Shown: positions 48,620 through 59,376, counted from the first letter of the stretch. The stretch: 64,000 nt of DNA from Candidatus Hydrogenedentota bacterium (GCA_045863295.1 BTWA01000004.1:224788-288787), one strand, 5' to 3'. Translations and numbers: made by a program. Notes: generated by a model not told the origin, from the letters alone.

Positions 48620-51589
48620 CTATCGCGGCAGTTGTAAAAACGCCAGCAAGTCGGCCATCGATTCCACGGTCAGCGTGTTTTCCAATTCCTCGGGCATGAA
48701 TGAGAGTCCGGTGGCCCTCATTTCCGCAATATTACTTTTCTCGAATACCCGTTCAATGCCGCCGGCTTCACGCAACGTCACGGCAGCATCTGTTTCGTCC
48801 ACGATCAATCCGCTGACGATCTCGCCGCCTTCCAGCGTGTCTGCATCTTTTGCGAGTATCGCATAGGCCAGGTATTGGGTGTCCGCTGCCGCATTTGGAT
48901 CGAGGATATCGTGCAAGAGCGTCTCCTTGCTCTTTCTCGCAATTTCGGTCAGATTCGGACCGACGTTAAATCCTTCGTTCGCAATCTGGTGGCACTTCAT
49001 GCAGTTCTCTTGAAATACCCGATGCCCCTTCGTCGCATCGCCTTTCGCCGACAAAGCGGGCCGCATCTTTTCGAGAGCTTCTTTACGCGTCACCACACCG
49101 GCATCTGTAAACAGCTTCTCGGCCCGTGCCTTTACTTCATCCGAACTCCAGAACAGGAGCGCCCGCCGCCGTTCCAAGTCGAAATTCATCTGGCCCATTG
49201 GCAACATTCCACTCTCCAACGCCGTAAGCAGGATTGGATGAAAGGACTTGTTTCCAATCAGAATGTCGGATGCGACCGATCGCGTCTCAGGCCCGAGCGT
49301 TGTCCACACGTCCAGCAAGCGATGGGCCACGGCTTCATTCGCTCCCTGCCGGATTTGCGCAATTGCCGCCACTTGCACGTCTTTCGGCTGACGGGTATCC
49401 AACAGGCTGAACAGTAAATCTATCCGATCGTCGTATGGTGCGAAGGCAACCAGATTGAGGGCGTCCAAGCGCGCTTCTTTTGGCAGGGACACGTCCGCCG
49501 CTTGCGCCGTGGCATTTGCCAGCATCTGCGTTTGACCTTCGGTCAATGGAAGCCTCAATCGATCCGCGGCGCGCCAAGCGGCATGCACGGTGCCAGCATC
49601 CTTGCTTGACAGCATGGATACCAGCACTTTTTGAACGGCCTGCGACGCTTCTGGCGCATTTCGCGACAATCCGTCCGCCACACCGTTGAGCACGGCCTTG
49701 TTGTAGGCCGCAGGCAATGCTTTCCGTTGCAGTGCAGCCATCGCTTCTTCAACCCCTTCCATACCGTTTGCGGCCATGATGTGCGCCAGGGATTGGACAA
49801 ATTCCGCTGTTTCCGGCGCGCTTCGCAGCAGCTGATCCTCCAATATGGAACTCAGCAACGCGTCCGGCGCGTGTCTGGCCGCGCTTAACATGGCCCAGCG
49901 CGACCATGGATTTGCGATATCCTGCCCCGCGATTGCGAGCAGTGCCGCGTTCGCCGTGTCCGCCGCGATCAATTGCCGGTCGCGCAGGACGCCGATCGTG
50001 AGTGCCGCTTGCATTCGCACCCGGGCGTCCGAATCGGCCGCCAATGCCGCGGCGGCTTGAATCGTTTCCTGTGGCGCCGCGTCCAGCGTCTCCAGAAGCA
50101 GAAGCGCGTTTTCGCGAACTCCGGGACCCTCACTTTTCAAGCCTGCTGTCACGTCGGCTGCCTCGAGCGCCCCGATTCCCTGTAGCGTCCACAACCCGTG
50201 GAGTTGCACGATGGGCTTTCCCGATTCCCGAATCGCAGCCCGCAGTAAGGGCGGGCACGCGGGGTCCTTCCATTCCACAAGCAGGCGCTGGGCGGTGGTG
50301 CGACGCCACTGATTGGGACTCTCAAAGAGGGCTATGACACTCTTGATGTCAGTCCGATCAAAGGCCACTGGTGACGGCTTGATGCCGCCTTTTGGAGTAA
50401 TCCGCAGGATTCGACCTTTGTCTTTTCCCGCATTGATATCCATTTTTGCTTCCATTTCATCGGGAATCCACTCCGGGTGTTCGATTACGGTCCGGTGCAT
50501 ATCGAGCACGTACAACGCACCGTCCGGCCCCACGCACATGTTGACGGGACGAAAGGCTCGATCGGTGGAGGCCAGAAACTCTTTCTTTTCTTCCGTGCGC
50601 GAGGCATTCATTGCCGGTCCGTCGGGCGAGAGCGCGTCGTGGTGGACGAGGTTGAGCACCACGTCGCACACGAAAATGCTGTCGTCGAAGGCGCCGGGAA
50701 ACGCGCCGCCGCCGTAGAACGTGATGCCGCAGGCGCCGGAGAAGAAGCCGGATTGCTCCGGATGATTCACGCGCGTCTCCTGCTCTCCGATCGCGTAGAT
50801 CCGGCCCAGTCCCCCTTCGTCGTGGTCAGAAATGAACTGGAGCGTGCCCCGTCTTCCCACCGGCAAATCCGCGAGATACCTGCCGGGAAACACGATTTGG
50901 AATATGTGTTGCGTGTTGTGTGTGGTGAATATGCGGCCCCAATCGTCCATGGCGAGGCCGAAGCCTCCGGAGCTGCGACCAGCGAGCTCAAACAACTTCT
51001 TGTCGAGGTCAAAGCGAAAATCGTTTCGGGAAAGCGGCATTTTCTGATCCGGGCGATCCGGCCAAAAGACCTCGCCGGAATTGCCGCCGCTTGCGCCATA
51101 GATCCAATTGTCGATGGCGTACGTTAGTCCGTTGAAGTTGTGTTGTGTGTTTTCGAGGTCGAACCCATCCAGCAAAACTTCTTTCACGTCCGCCACGTTG
51201 TCGCCGTTGGTGTCTTTTACAAAGAACAACTGGGGCGGGGACGCCACCAGCAATCCGCCCTTGTAGGGCAAGATGGAATCGGCTGCCGCGAAACCGTCCG
51301 CAAACACCTGCCGCGTGTCGTAGGCACCGTCTCCATTGGCGTCCGTTATGAGTACAATCTTGCCGTTGTTGTCCGGAAACGGATAGCCGGACATTTCCAG
51401 GACAAAGGCGCGCCCGAATTCGTCGAATTCCATATCGACGGGGTCGAGCACGACGGGCTCCATGGCCGCCATTTCCAGTTGGAAATCCGGGTGAAGTTCG
51501 AATGACTTCAGGATTTCCGCCGCCTCTTCGCCAAACGCCGGCAGGGCGGCAAGCACAATGCCACAGATCAGGGGGAATACGTTCCGCAT
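48620..51589 (-). CDS. PVC-type membrane-bound dehydrogenase / heme-binding CxxCH protein
   Basis: Beta-propeller (FRPVNMCVGPDGALYVLD), HEAT repeats, C-terminal CMKCH..VGPNL..SFMPE. Confidence 0.9.
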   Translation of the reverse strand: MRNVFPLICGIVLAALPAFGEEAAEILKSFELHPDFQLEMAAMEPVVLDPVDMEFDEFGRAFVLEMSGYPFPDNNGKIVLITDANGDGAYDTRQVFADGFAAADSILPYKGGLLVASPPQLFFVKDTNGDNVADVKEVLLDGFDLENTQHNFNGLTYAIDNWIYGASGGNSGEVFWPDRPDQKMPLSRNDFRFDLDKKLFELAGRSSGGFGLAMDDWGRIFTTHNTQHIFQIVFPGRYLADLPVGRRGTLQFISDHDEGGLGRIYAIGEQETRVNHPEQSGFFSGACGITFYGGGAFPGAFDDSIFVCDVVLNLVHHDALSPDGPAMNASRTEEKKEFLASTDRAFRPVNMCVGPDGALYVLDMHRTVIEHPEWIPDEMEAKMDINAGKDKGRILRITPKGGIKPSPVAFDRTDIKSVIALFESPNQWRRTTAQRLLVEWKDPACPPLLRAAIRESGKPIVQLHGLWTLQGIGALEAADVTAGLKSEGPGVRENALLLLETLDAAPQETIQAAAALAADSDARVRMQAALTIGVLRDRQLIAADTANAALLAIAGQDIANPWSRWAMLSAARHAPDALLSSILEDQLLRSAPETAEFVQSLAHIMAANGMEGVEEAMAALQRKALPAAYNKAVLNGVADGLSRNAPEASQAVQKVLVSMLSSKDAGTVHAAWRAADRLRLPLTEGQTQMLANATAQAADVSLPKEARLDALNLVAFAPYDDRIDLLFSLLDTRQPKDVQVAAIAQIRQGANEAVAHRLLDVWTTLGPETRSVASDILIGNKSFHPILLTALESGMLPMGQMNFDLERRRALLFWSSDEVKARAEKLFTDAGVVTRKEALEKMRPALSAKGDATKGHRVFQENCMKCHQIANEGFNVGPNLTEIARKSKETLLHDILDPNAAADTQYLAYAILAKDADTLEGGEIVSGLIVDETDAAVTLREAGGIERVFEKSNIAEMRATGLSFMPEELENTLTVESMADLLAFLQLPR

Positions 51590-51733
51590 GTTGGATTTCT
51601 CGCCTTGGGGTTACACCGAAAAAATGAAGCCTTTTCCGTACGGCACGGAATGCGTAGTATAAAAGACCGGGCTGTAAAAGCGAATCAACTTGCCGGGCGG
51701 TGTTTTCCTGGGCAAATGACGGAGGATTACGAC

Positions 51734-53008
51734 ATGAGTCAGGTTTCACGGCGTACGTTCATGCATTCGGCGGCGGCCGTATCGGCGGGCCTATTGGCCG
51801 CTTCTCGTGCCAAGGCCGCGCCCAGCGATACCCTGCGCCATGCCATTATCGGCACCGGAGGTCAGGGCCGCCACCACGCCATCGCTCAGGCCACTTTCCC
51901 AGACGTGGAGGTAGTGGCCATCGCGGACGTCGATCCCGAGCGTCGCGCCCGCTGCCTCAAGGAACTGGCCGAGGTGGGCAATAAGGCGAAAGAGGTCGAG
52001 GATTTCCGCGCCATCATCGATGATCCGGAAATCGATTCCGTCGGTATCGCCACACCGGATCACTGGCACACGCCGGTCGCCCTTATGGCGTTGAAGGCGG
52101 GCAAGCATGTCTATGTAGAAAAGCCATGCTGCCACAACATACACGAGGGGATCGCTCTGCGCGACGCTGCGAGAAAGACCGGTTTGTGCGTTCAGCACGG
52201 CACCCAAAGCCGGAGCGGGCAAGGCATCAAGGATGCAGTTCAGTTCATGCGTGAGGGCGGCATCGGCAAGGTCCGCATGGCCAAGGCCATTAATCACCAG
52301 TTCCGGGAAGCCATCGGACGCGCGCCGGTGAGCGAACCGCCCGCGGGAGTCAACTACGACCTGTGGACCGGCCCCGGACCGTTGAAACCGTTTACCGAGA
52401 ACCGCTGGCATTACAATTGGCATTGGCTATGGGATTTCGGCACGGGGGACATGGGCAACGACGGCGTGCACCAGATTGATGTGGCTCGATGGGGGCTTGG
52501 CGCGGGGGTACCGAAATTTGTGAGCGCCTCTGGTGGACAACTCTTCTACGACGACGATCACGAAACACCGGATACGCAAGTTGTGACGTTTGAATTCGAG
52601 GATTGCTATCTGCTGTATGAAATGCGCTTGTGGACCAACTACAAGATGGAAGGCCACGACAACGGCGTTGTGTTTTACGGCGACAAAGGCACTGTGGATG
52701 TGGGCCGCGACGGATCGTTCGTGCGCCTGATCGGCGAGGAGCCTCGAAAAATCGGTGGAAGCCATGATTTCACGGCCAATCAGCGTAATTTCGCCGATGC
52801 GGTGAAGGCTGGCGATCCGAAGTTGCTGAACGCCCCCATCGAGGAAGGGGTACTCTCGACCCAATTGGTGCACCTTGGTAATATCGCGACCCGCGTGAGC
52901 GAACGGCTTACCGTGGCCGGCGACGATTACACCTTCGCCAACTGCGAAGCCGCCAATGCACTGCGCAAGCGCGAGTACCGCACTGGATACGAGTTGCCGG
53001 TGGTGTGA
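51734..53008 (+). CDS. Gfo/Idh/MocA oxidoreductase with Tat signal
   Basis: SRRTFM, IGTGGQG, IATPDHWH, YVEKP, GNDGVH. Confidence 0.92.
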   Translation: MSQVSRRTFMHSAAAVSAGLLAASRAKAAPSDTLRHAIIGTGGQGRHHAIAQATFPDVEVVAIADVDPERRARCLKELAEVGNKAKEVEDFRAIIDDPEIDSVGIATPDHWHTPVALMALKAGKHVYVEKPCCHNIHEGIALRDAARKTGLCVQHGTQSRSGQGIKDAVQFMREGGIGKVRMAKAINHQFREAIGRAPVSEPPAGVNYDLWTGPGPLKPFTENRWHYNWHWLWDFGTGDMGNDGVHQIDVARWGLGAGVPKFVSASGGQLFYDDDHETPDTQVVTFEFEDCYLLYEMRLWTNYKMEGHDNGVVFYGDKGTVDVGRDGSFVRLIGEEPRKIGGSHDFTANQRNFADAVKAGDPKLLNAPIEEGVLSTQLVHLGNIATRVSERLTVAGDDYTFANCEAANALRKREYRTGYELPVV

Positions 53009-53242
53009 GAGCCGCGTGGGATGCGGAGACATAGGCCGTTCACGGCAATTCCTTTGGCGACCGGCCGAGAGGAGAAGTGTGTCGAATGTGGGCCAACGTG
53101 ATTCACTGATAAACAGCTAACGAAAGCAAGATTCGCTTGTATGGGGGGGGTTTGGTCTCGCGTCCGGAGTTACGTTTTGATGGAGTTCGGGTTTACTAAA
53201 TCAGTTGGCAATTGAGTGTTGTGTGAGTCCATTAAACTACCT

Positions 53243-53854
53243 CTATTTCGTGTCCCCAAGTTGAGTGATTGTCCTTGACTCCAACAAATAGCAGGCTTTC
53301 GCATCGAACTTTTCGTTTTCTCCGTTATAGCCGTGAATTCGAATTTCCAACTGGTCTTCGCTAATCCAGCACAAGGCCTCCACAAATTGATGGCCTAATT
53401 GCCTGAACGTTTCGCCCGCGAATTTCGCTGCCACTTGATCAAGTTTCTGCTCGACGACAATCAATGCATTTTCTTTCTCTTCAAATCGACAAACCATACA
53501 GGTCGTATCGGAGCTTCCTTCGTGAATATTTATTGCCAGCGTATCACCTGAAGGCGACCAAGCAACGGCCACGCTTCTCCCATATTCGACCACACGAACA
53601 CTTTTTGTGGAGGCCAAATCCATCACATATAGTGCGTGGTTGTTTCCCAAGCGTTCGGCTACAGTCTCCGAATCCGCATCTACATTTATTAACAGATACT
53701 TGCCGTTGGGCGAAAGCAGAGTTGACTGCCTTCCAGGAAAACCAGTGAGTTTGGTCGATGTGCTATTTCCATCAGAAGCCGCACAGATGGTGGCCGTCAT
53801 TAATAACAGAACCCAATTCATATAAGGCAGTCCTTGAAGTTGAATCCAGCTCAT
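53243..53854 (-). CDS. Hypothetical secreted protein with WD40/TolB-like strands; AT-richer than flanks
   Basis: Hydrophobic signal, SPNGKY and AWSPSGDTLAI repeats; AAGGGG RBS. Confidence 0.7.
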   Translation of the reverse strand: MSWIQLQGLPYMNWVLLLMTATICAASDGNSTSTKLTGFPGRQSTLLSPNGKYLLINVDADSETVAERLGNNHALYVMDLASTKSVRVVEYGRSVAVAWSPSGDTLAINIHEGSSDTTCMVCRFEEKENALIVVEQKLDQVAAKFAGETFRQLGHQFVEALCWISEDQLEIRIHGYNGENEKFDAKACYLLESRTITQLGDTK

Positions 53855-53956
53855 GCCGGCCCCTTCATTTTGATCGAGAACACATGTGCGAGAGAAAAAA
53901 GAGTCAAGTATAGAGCCAAGGCAGTGAGTTATCTTTTGACGAGTCGGCTTGCCATC

Positions 53957-55138
53957 TCACCTACCGCTTTTCGCCGCAATGTTCGCGGCGATTTGTTTTG
54001 CATCGAGATTAATTTGCCGCAGCAATCCGGTGGACGGGTTGCAGTATCCCAGGAAATACAATCCGGCGAATTTGCTTTCTCCCGCGGGCGGTATCGGGTA
54101 TCCGCGCTCGTCGGTTACCTCGTTCGCGCGATCCAGAAATTCGTGGAGATTGGGGCGGAAGCCCGTGGCGAGTATCACGCTGTCGAACGGGTGCTCGCTT
54201 CCGTCTCCGCATACGATGCCTGATCGGGTAAACCGTTCAATGGCCGGGACGACGCCGATTTTACCCTGTTTGATCAGCGCCACCATGCCGATATCCACCA
54301 AAGGCACGCGGCCAATTTGATTCACGTGATCTGCCGGGCTGATGTTGGGGCGTTCGATTCCCCATTGGGACAAATCGCCGATGGCAATGGACTGGATCGT
54401 GCGCTGCAATGCATTCGAGACCTGCCTTGGCAAATGGCTGCAGAAGAGGCCAAACACCTGCATGGGTGTGCCCAGGTAATCGCGAGGCACGACGTTTACC
54501 GGGCCGCGCACGCAGATGACGGGTTTCGCGCCGTGTTCATGCAGATCCATCGCGATTTCGCCGCCGGTATTGCCCAGGCCCACCACCAGCACCCGGCCGC
54601 CCTTGAACGCGGCGCCGTTTCTGTACTCCGAACTGTGCATCCGGAGTCCCTCGAATTCCTCGATACCCGGCCACGTGGGCACGTACGGCCTGCGGTTGTA
54701 ACCGGAGGCAATGACCACGCACCGGCTGTGAACTTCGGACTGGGTCGTACGGGTTTGCCAGCCCGTTTTGGTTTTGGAGATTCCTGTCACCTCTTCGTTA
54801 TACCGCACGCGCAATCCAAAGTGGCGTTCGTAGTCTTCCAAGTACGCCGCCACTTGATCTCTTGAGGGATAGCGGGGATACGACTTGGGGAAAGGTAAGT
54901 ACGGCAGCGCGGAATGCTCTTTTACTGTGTGCAGATGGAGCCGGTCGTAGTGGTTTCGCCAGGAGGCTCCCGCAGCGGCGTGGCGTTCGATAACGACGTG
55001 AGGCACGTTTAGCCGCTTCAGACAAGCCGCCATAGCCAGGCCCGAAGGGCCCGCGCCGACAATTACCACGCCCGCCAGGGCCAACTCGCCCAAGGCCTGC
55101 TCCGCGGTTTCAGGAACTGCATCCAGCGCCGTTTCCAT
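53957..55138 (-). CDS. Class B flavin-containing monooxygenase (FMO, YUCCA-like)
   Basis: GAGPSG (FAD), YDRLHLH, FEGLRMHSSEY (FxGxxxHxxxY), GLGNTG (NADPH), LATGF. Confidence 0.9.
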   Translation of the reverse strand: METALDAVPETAEQALGELALAGVVIVGAGPSGLAMAACLKRLNVPHVVIERHAAAGASWRNHYDRLHLHTVKEHSALPYLPFPKSYPRYPSRDQVAAYLEDYERHFGLRVRYNEEVTGISKTKTGWQTRTTQSEVHSRCVVIASGYNRRPYVPTWPGIEEFEGLRMHSSEYRNGAAFKGGRVLVVGLGNTGGEIAMDLHEHGAKPVICVRGPVNVVPRDYLGTPMQVFGLFCSHLPRQVSNALQRTIQSIAIGDLSQWGIERPNISPADHVNQIGRVPLVDIGMVALIKQGKIGVVPAIERFTRSGIVCGDGSEHPFDSVILATGFRPNLHEFLDRANEVTDERGYPIPPAGESKFAGLYFLGYCNPSTGLLRQINLDAKQIAANIAAKSGR

Positions 55139-55175
55139 ACCGGCAGTATGCAACGTACGCGGGCGGGTGTAAAGA

Positions 55176-58100
55176 TCAATCGCCTGGGAAAGGGGGTGCG
55201 GGCGGTTGAAGGGTGAACCCTTCCGTGGTCACGTCGAGCGGCTGGCCGTTGGGTGACATTACCCGCGCGTCCACAATCAACAGCGGAACCGGCCCCAAGC
55301 GGTCCAGCGGCGTGTCACTTGTCCAGGCGATGGACAAGAGTTCGCTTTGTTCTGGCCGGTTTTCCTTGATGGTGGCTTCAACAAACACGGCTCTGGGCGA
55401 ATCTTCCTGTCCCATGTGCATTTGACTGATGTACTCGGCGGCGGCGCCTTGTCTGGCCTGGCCAAACCGCAACAAGCGCCTGGGCTCGGTGGCGATGTCG
55501 AAAGCCACGGATCCGATTGCCACTTCCGGATCTGCGGCAAGGTACACCGACGCAGTGCCGGTGTATTGGGTTTGCGCGGCACCGGCCTGATCGAGCCACA
55601 TGCGCACCTTGCTCAATTCCACGTAGCGGAACGCTTCGGGCAACACGCCGTTCAGGTCCGTTGCGGGATTTACGACCCGTACGTCCGTGGTGCCTCCTTC
55701 CTTTCGCGGGTAGGGCGGCGCTTCGGCCAGCAATGCGGTCGCGCCCATTGGCCGCACGGTCGTGGCCCGAAGGTCGCCAAACCAGACTTGACTGTCGGGC
55801 GCGAAATTGCGCCCTTCGATGAGTACCTGTACCCCACCTTCTGCCGGCCAAGATTGCGGTTCCAACGACGCCACGTGCGGTGCTCCTACCGGCGGTAGCG
55901 GTGCTTCGTCGGCCCCGTCGAGCGTGCCGTCGGCGTCGGAGTCCGCATTGATTGGGCTGGTTTCTCCTTCATCCACGACACCGTTTCGATTTCTATCCTC
56001 TACACCATCGGCGATGCCGTCGCCATCCGTATCGGGATTGAGCTTGTCTGTTTCTCCTGAATCGACAAGACCGTTTCCATTTTGATCCTCAACGGCATCC
56101 GAAAGTCCGTCACCGTCCAGGTCGGATACCTCCCCCCCCGCCTTGGCGAGCCAACTAAAAAGCGCCGAGGCGAATCGCTGGTTGGCGAGATGCGCCATGG
56201 CATCGCTTTCTATGGGCGTAGCCCCGGCCATGGCTGCGATACGGCCTGCATCGTAATGCGCTACCGCCAGCACGGTGGCTCGCTCGTCTCCGGCAAGGGC
56301 GCGCACATGCCCGTCCGCACGCAGTCCGGCACCGGTCACATGGAAGTTTTGCCACATACGGCTCAAGGGATGTTCGCCGTGCGACGGAAATATGCCGTCC
56401 GCCGAAACCGCGTTCTCCAAGTACACGCCAGAAGGCCCGATCCAATGGGTGATGTCGCGCACCCCTTCTTCGTTCAATTGTGCGTTCAAAAACAGAAGTG
56501 CGCCTCCGCGACTCACATAATCCAGCACGGCCGCCCGGGTCACCATGCCTCGTGCCGCCGCAGCGGCGTTGATCACCACAACCGCCGCCTTGTCCAACGG
56601 TTCCATGACTGTGCCCCGGATAAGGTGGTGGCTGAAATGAAACGGCGGACCGGACAGTCGATCGACCAATGCCTTGAGCCGGTAGGGGTCATTGGGGCCA
56701 CGCAACGAATCGTCGTCGGTTCCACCCAGAATCCAGAATATCCGTCTCGGGCCCTGCCGTGCAGGAACGACATCGACGATCACTCGTGCGGGGCTTTCGC
56801 CCAATGGCCCGGAAATTGGATCTGCAACATTGACTTTGAGAACGCCGGACACTGAATCACCGGGACCGTAAAGCGTTGGATCGATGCCGAGGTAACAAAG
56901 CCCCGGTGTGGAGCCACGCAACGGAAAGGCGCGCAACCAAGGCATTGCTTCGCGATCGAACTGCGCATCCCAGGCCACTGATCCGCCGTTGCTTGCGGCA
57001 ATTCGCAGCGCTCTCATCTCCCGTCCGGCCGCCTCTCCTCGAAACGCCATCACCGGCGGAACTACCGCGCGCGAGGCAGGCAGGGACATTTCAGGCACCT
57101 TGCCGGTCGAGAAAGGCAATAGCCGGGTGACCACTCCCTGCTGAAACGTCGCGGTGCTGCCAATTGCGCGAGTTTCCGGATCGATTCGATGCACACGGTT
57201 ACCTTCTCCCACCAGTAGCGATTCGCTCTCCCATGCCAAGGCCCGTACATGGCCTTCAAATGACATGCTGGCCGACGACTGAGGAAAGCCGGATCGCCAG
57301 ATTTCCAAGCGCTTTCCCGCGCCCACGGCCACTGATCCACCCGAGTGGACTGCCAAAGACAGCGGCATGCCCACACCGGAAAAGGATTGCTCCACCTCCT
57401 TCAGCGCGGTAAGGCCGTCCAATCTGATTCGCGTCAGGTGTCCGAATCCGGCGACCGGAGAATAGGTATTAATCCAGCAAATCCCCCCGGCAAGCGCCAG
57501 CAGCGAGGGGTCGGCCGGTGTGGCGCTGCCTGCTACCGGTACGGCCTCCGCGGCAAATGCCCACGTTTGGGGGTCGTAAACATGGCACCACGCTTCATGC
57601 GAAGTTCCTTCCTGGTATCCGGACACGAGCACATATACCCGGTCGCCGTTTGGAGCAGCCTGAATGGCAATGGGTCTCTTTCGCTGCACGGCATCAGAAA
57701 TGGGATAGTATGCAGGAGGCTCTTGTGGACCGGTCACGTCGCGCACGTACAGGAACGGCGGATCCCCTGAGACGCCTTCACACAATATCGCTACTTTGCC
57801 GAGTCCAGCAACGTAGGCCGCGCCCACAGGCATGCCGGGCAAAAGCCAACGGGTGGGATCGTCGTGTGGGACACTTCCATAGGACCGCAGTTCCGCAAAT
57901 GCGAATCGATTGCCGGTCTCGGTTTCCCTGGTATGCAGCAGCAAGGCCGCAGGCGCGCGATCGGGAACCACCGGCGGAATCAGAGAGCCACACCTTAGAA
58001 TCCAACCATCGCCCACCGTGTCATTCAGCGGCGCAACCGTCCGCAACGGTCGCGCGCTGATTGTCGATATGAAGCTGTATTCCATGGGGGCTGTATCGGC

Positions 58101-58433
58101 ATGCAGAGGCCACGGCTTCCGTGTGCTGTAGATGAAGTGCTCCGCGTCACTCACCGGCGGGCAGGTCAACAGCGTGCCAGGCAGCAGCACGGGGTCGTCC
58201 TGAAGCCCGGAGGAGTCGGCGCGAAGTGGTTGAATGTACAACCGCACCGCTTCCCTACTTGCGTTCAGGGTTGCCGTCTCTACATGCACAGCGGCTTCGG
58301 CCCAGGATTTCAAACCTCCGGTCATCACGATCAACGCGCAACAGACGGCCAAAAGACCATTACAAAACTGTAATATCCGCCGGGCGTGAAACGAGGTACA
58401 ATAGGGTGACGATGCTGGTTGACCTGAGTACAT
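55176..58433 (-). CDS. Large secreted multidomain protein (propeller-like region, Ca-binding DxDGDG repeats, IPT/TIG domain); start uncertain
   Basis: 1085-aa ORF with signal-like N-terminus; DLDGDGLSD/DTDGDGIADG/DSDADG repeats; P.SWPAEGG..V.IEGRNF..V.FG TIG motif. Confidence 0.78.
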   Translation of the reverse strand: MYSGQPASSPYCTSFHARRILQFCNGLLAVCCALIVMTGGLKSWAEAAVHVETATLNASREAVRLYIQPLRADSSGLQDDPVLLPGTLLTCPPVSDAEHFIYSTRKPWPLHADTAPMEYSFISTISARPLRTVAPLNDTVGDGWILRCGSLIPPVVPDRAPAALLLHTRETETGNRFAFAELRSYGSVPHDDPTRWLLPGMPVGAAYVAGLGKVAILCEGVSGDPPFLYVRDVTGPQEPPAYYPISDAVQRKRPIAIQAAPNGDRVYVLVSGYQEGTSHEAWCHVYDPQTWAFAAEAVPVAGSATPADPSLLALAGGICWINTYSPVAGFGHLTRIRLDGLTALKEVEQSFSGVGMPLSLAVHSGGSVAVGAGKRLEIWRSGFPQSSASMSFEGHVRALAWESESLLVGEGNRVHRIDPETRAIGSTATFQQGVVTRLLPFSTGKVPEMSLPASRAVVPPVMAFRGEAAGREMRALRIAASNGGSVAWDAQFDREAMPWLRAFPLRGSTPGLCYLGIDPTLYGPGDSVSGVLKVNVADPISGPLGESPARVIVDVVPARQGPRRIFWILGGTDDDSLRGPNDPYRLKALVDRLSGPPFHFSHHLIRGTVMEPLDKAAVVVINAAAAARGMVTRAAVLDYVSRGGALLFLNAQLNEEGVRDITHWIGPSGVYLENAVSADGIFPSHGEHPLSRMWQNFHVTGAGLRADGHVRALAGDERATVLAVAHYDAGRIAAMAGATPIESDAMAHLANQRFASALFSWLAKAGGEVSDLDGDGLSDAVEDQNGNGLVDSGETDKLNPDTDGDGIADGVEDRNRNGVVDEGETSPINADSDADGTLDGADEAPLPPVGAPHVASLEPQSWPAEGGVQVLIEGRNFAPDSQVWFGDLRATTVRPMGATALLAEAPPYPRKEGGTTDVRVVNPATDLNGVLPEAFRYVELSKVRMWLDQAGAAQTQYTGTASVYLAADPEVAIGSVAFDIATEPRRLLRFGQARQGAAAEYISQMHMGQEDSPRAVFVEATIKENRPEQSELLSIAWTSDTPLDRLGPVPLLIVDARVMSPNGQPLDVTTEGFTLQPPAPPFPGD
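55908..56123 (-). repeat. Tandem Asp-rich Ca-binding (TSP3-like) coding repeats
   Basis: DxDGDGxxDxVEDxNxNGxVDxGET occurs twice, plus a partial third copy. Confidence 0.75.
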
Positions 58434-58533
58434 GCACCAAGTCTATTCGGCATCGTGCAATCGACACAAGCGGGCATATCGATTAAACGCCTGCAGGCGT
58501 CGCCGCAGCGGACCGGCTGCATGAGGTGAGATC

Positions 58534-59376
58534 ATGAAACGGAGCACAGGTTTCACGCTGATGGAATTGCTGGTGGTAATAGCCATCATCAGCATTCTGG
58601 CGGCGATGTTGCTGCCCGCGCTGGCCCGCGCGCGCGAGGCGGCCCGACGGGTCAGTTGCGCCAGCAATCTCCGTCAGTGCGGGCTCTCGCTCAAGATGTA
58701 TGCAAGCGAGGCCAAAGATCGGTTCCCCTCGATTCAGGTGTTCATGGGTGACGATTGCGACATCAAGAACAATCGTGTACTTATGGTGAGTGGCCGCGCG
58801 ATATATCCCGAGTATCTTCCCGATGCCAACGTTCTGGTGTGCCCGTCCGATGCGGATGGACCTGCACAGTTTGACGCCGGCATCTGGCGGCGGCCCGATG
58901 GACCGGCGGGCACCCGGGAGGGCGGATCCATCAACCCGTGCTTGATCGACTCGCTATCGTATTTCTACACGGGGTGGCTAATTCGGTCGCGGTGGATTGC
59001 CGATCCCGCCACCAACGACTACTCCCCACTGTTCGCCCAGGCATGGCTGGATGTGATGAACGGCGATCCCGGCGCGCTGGCGACTTCCTGGATATTTACA
59101 GATTTCGACGGTGCCGAACACACTGTGCATACGTTGCAGGAAGGCGTAGAACGGTTTCTCATCACGGATATTAACAACCCTTCTGCATCAAACGTGGCGC
59201 AAAGTGAAGTACCCATTATGTTCGACAAGGTCGATCTTGACCCCACACAGTTCAATCATATACCGGGAGGGGTCAATACATTGTTCATGGACGGACATGT
59301 CGAATTCATCAAGTATCCGGGCGAATACCCAAGCAGCCGCGCATGGGCCGAAATGGTTGACACGCTCAATTTCTGA
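58534..59376 (+). CDS. DUF1559 prepilin-type N-terminal cleavage/methylation protein with H-X9-DG motif
   Basis: [57 protein letters not shown]. Confidence 0.93.
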   Translation: MKRSTGFTLMELLVVIAIISILAAMLLPALARAREAARRVSCASNLRQCGLSLKMYASEAKDRFPSIQVFMGDDCDIKNNRVLMVSGRAIYPEYLPDANVLVCPSDADGPAQFDAGIWRRPDGPAGTREGGSINPCLIDSLSYFYTGWLIRSRWIADPATNDYSPLFAQAWLDVMNGDPGALATSWIFTDFDGAEHTVHTLQEGVERFLITDINNPSASNVAQSEVPIMFDKVDLDPTQFNHIPGGVNTLFMDGHVEFIKYPGEYPSSRAWAEMVDTLNF

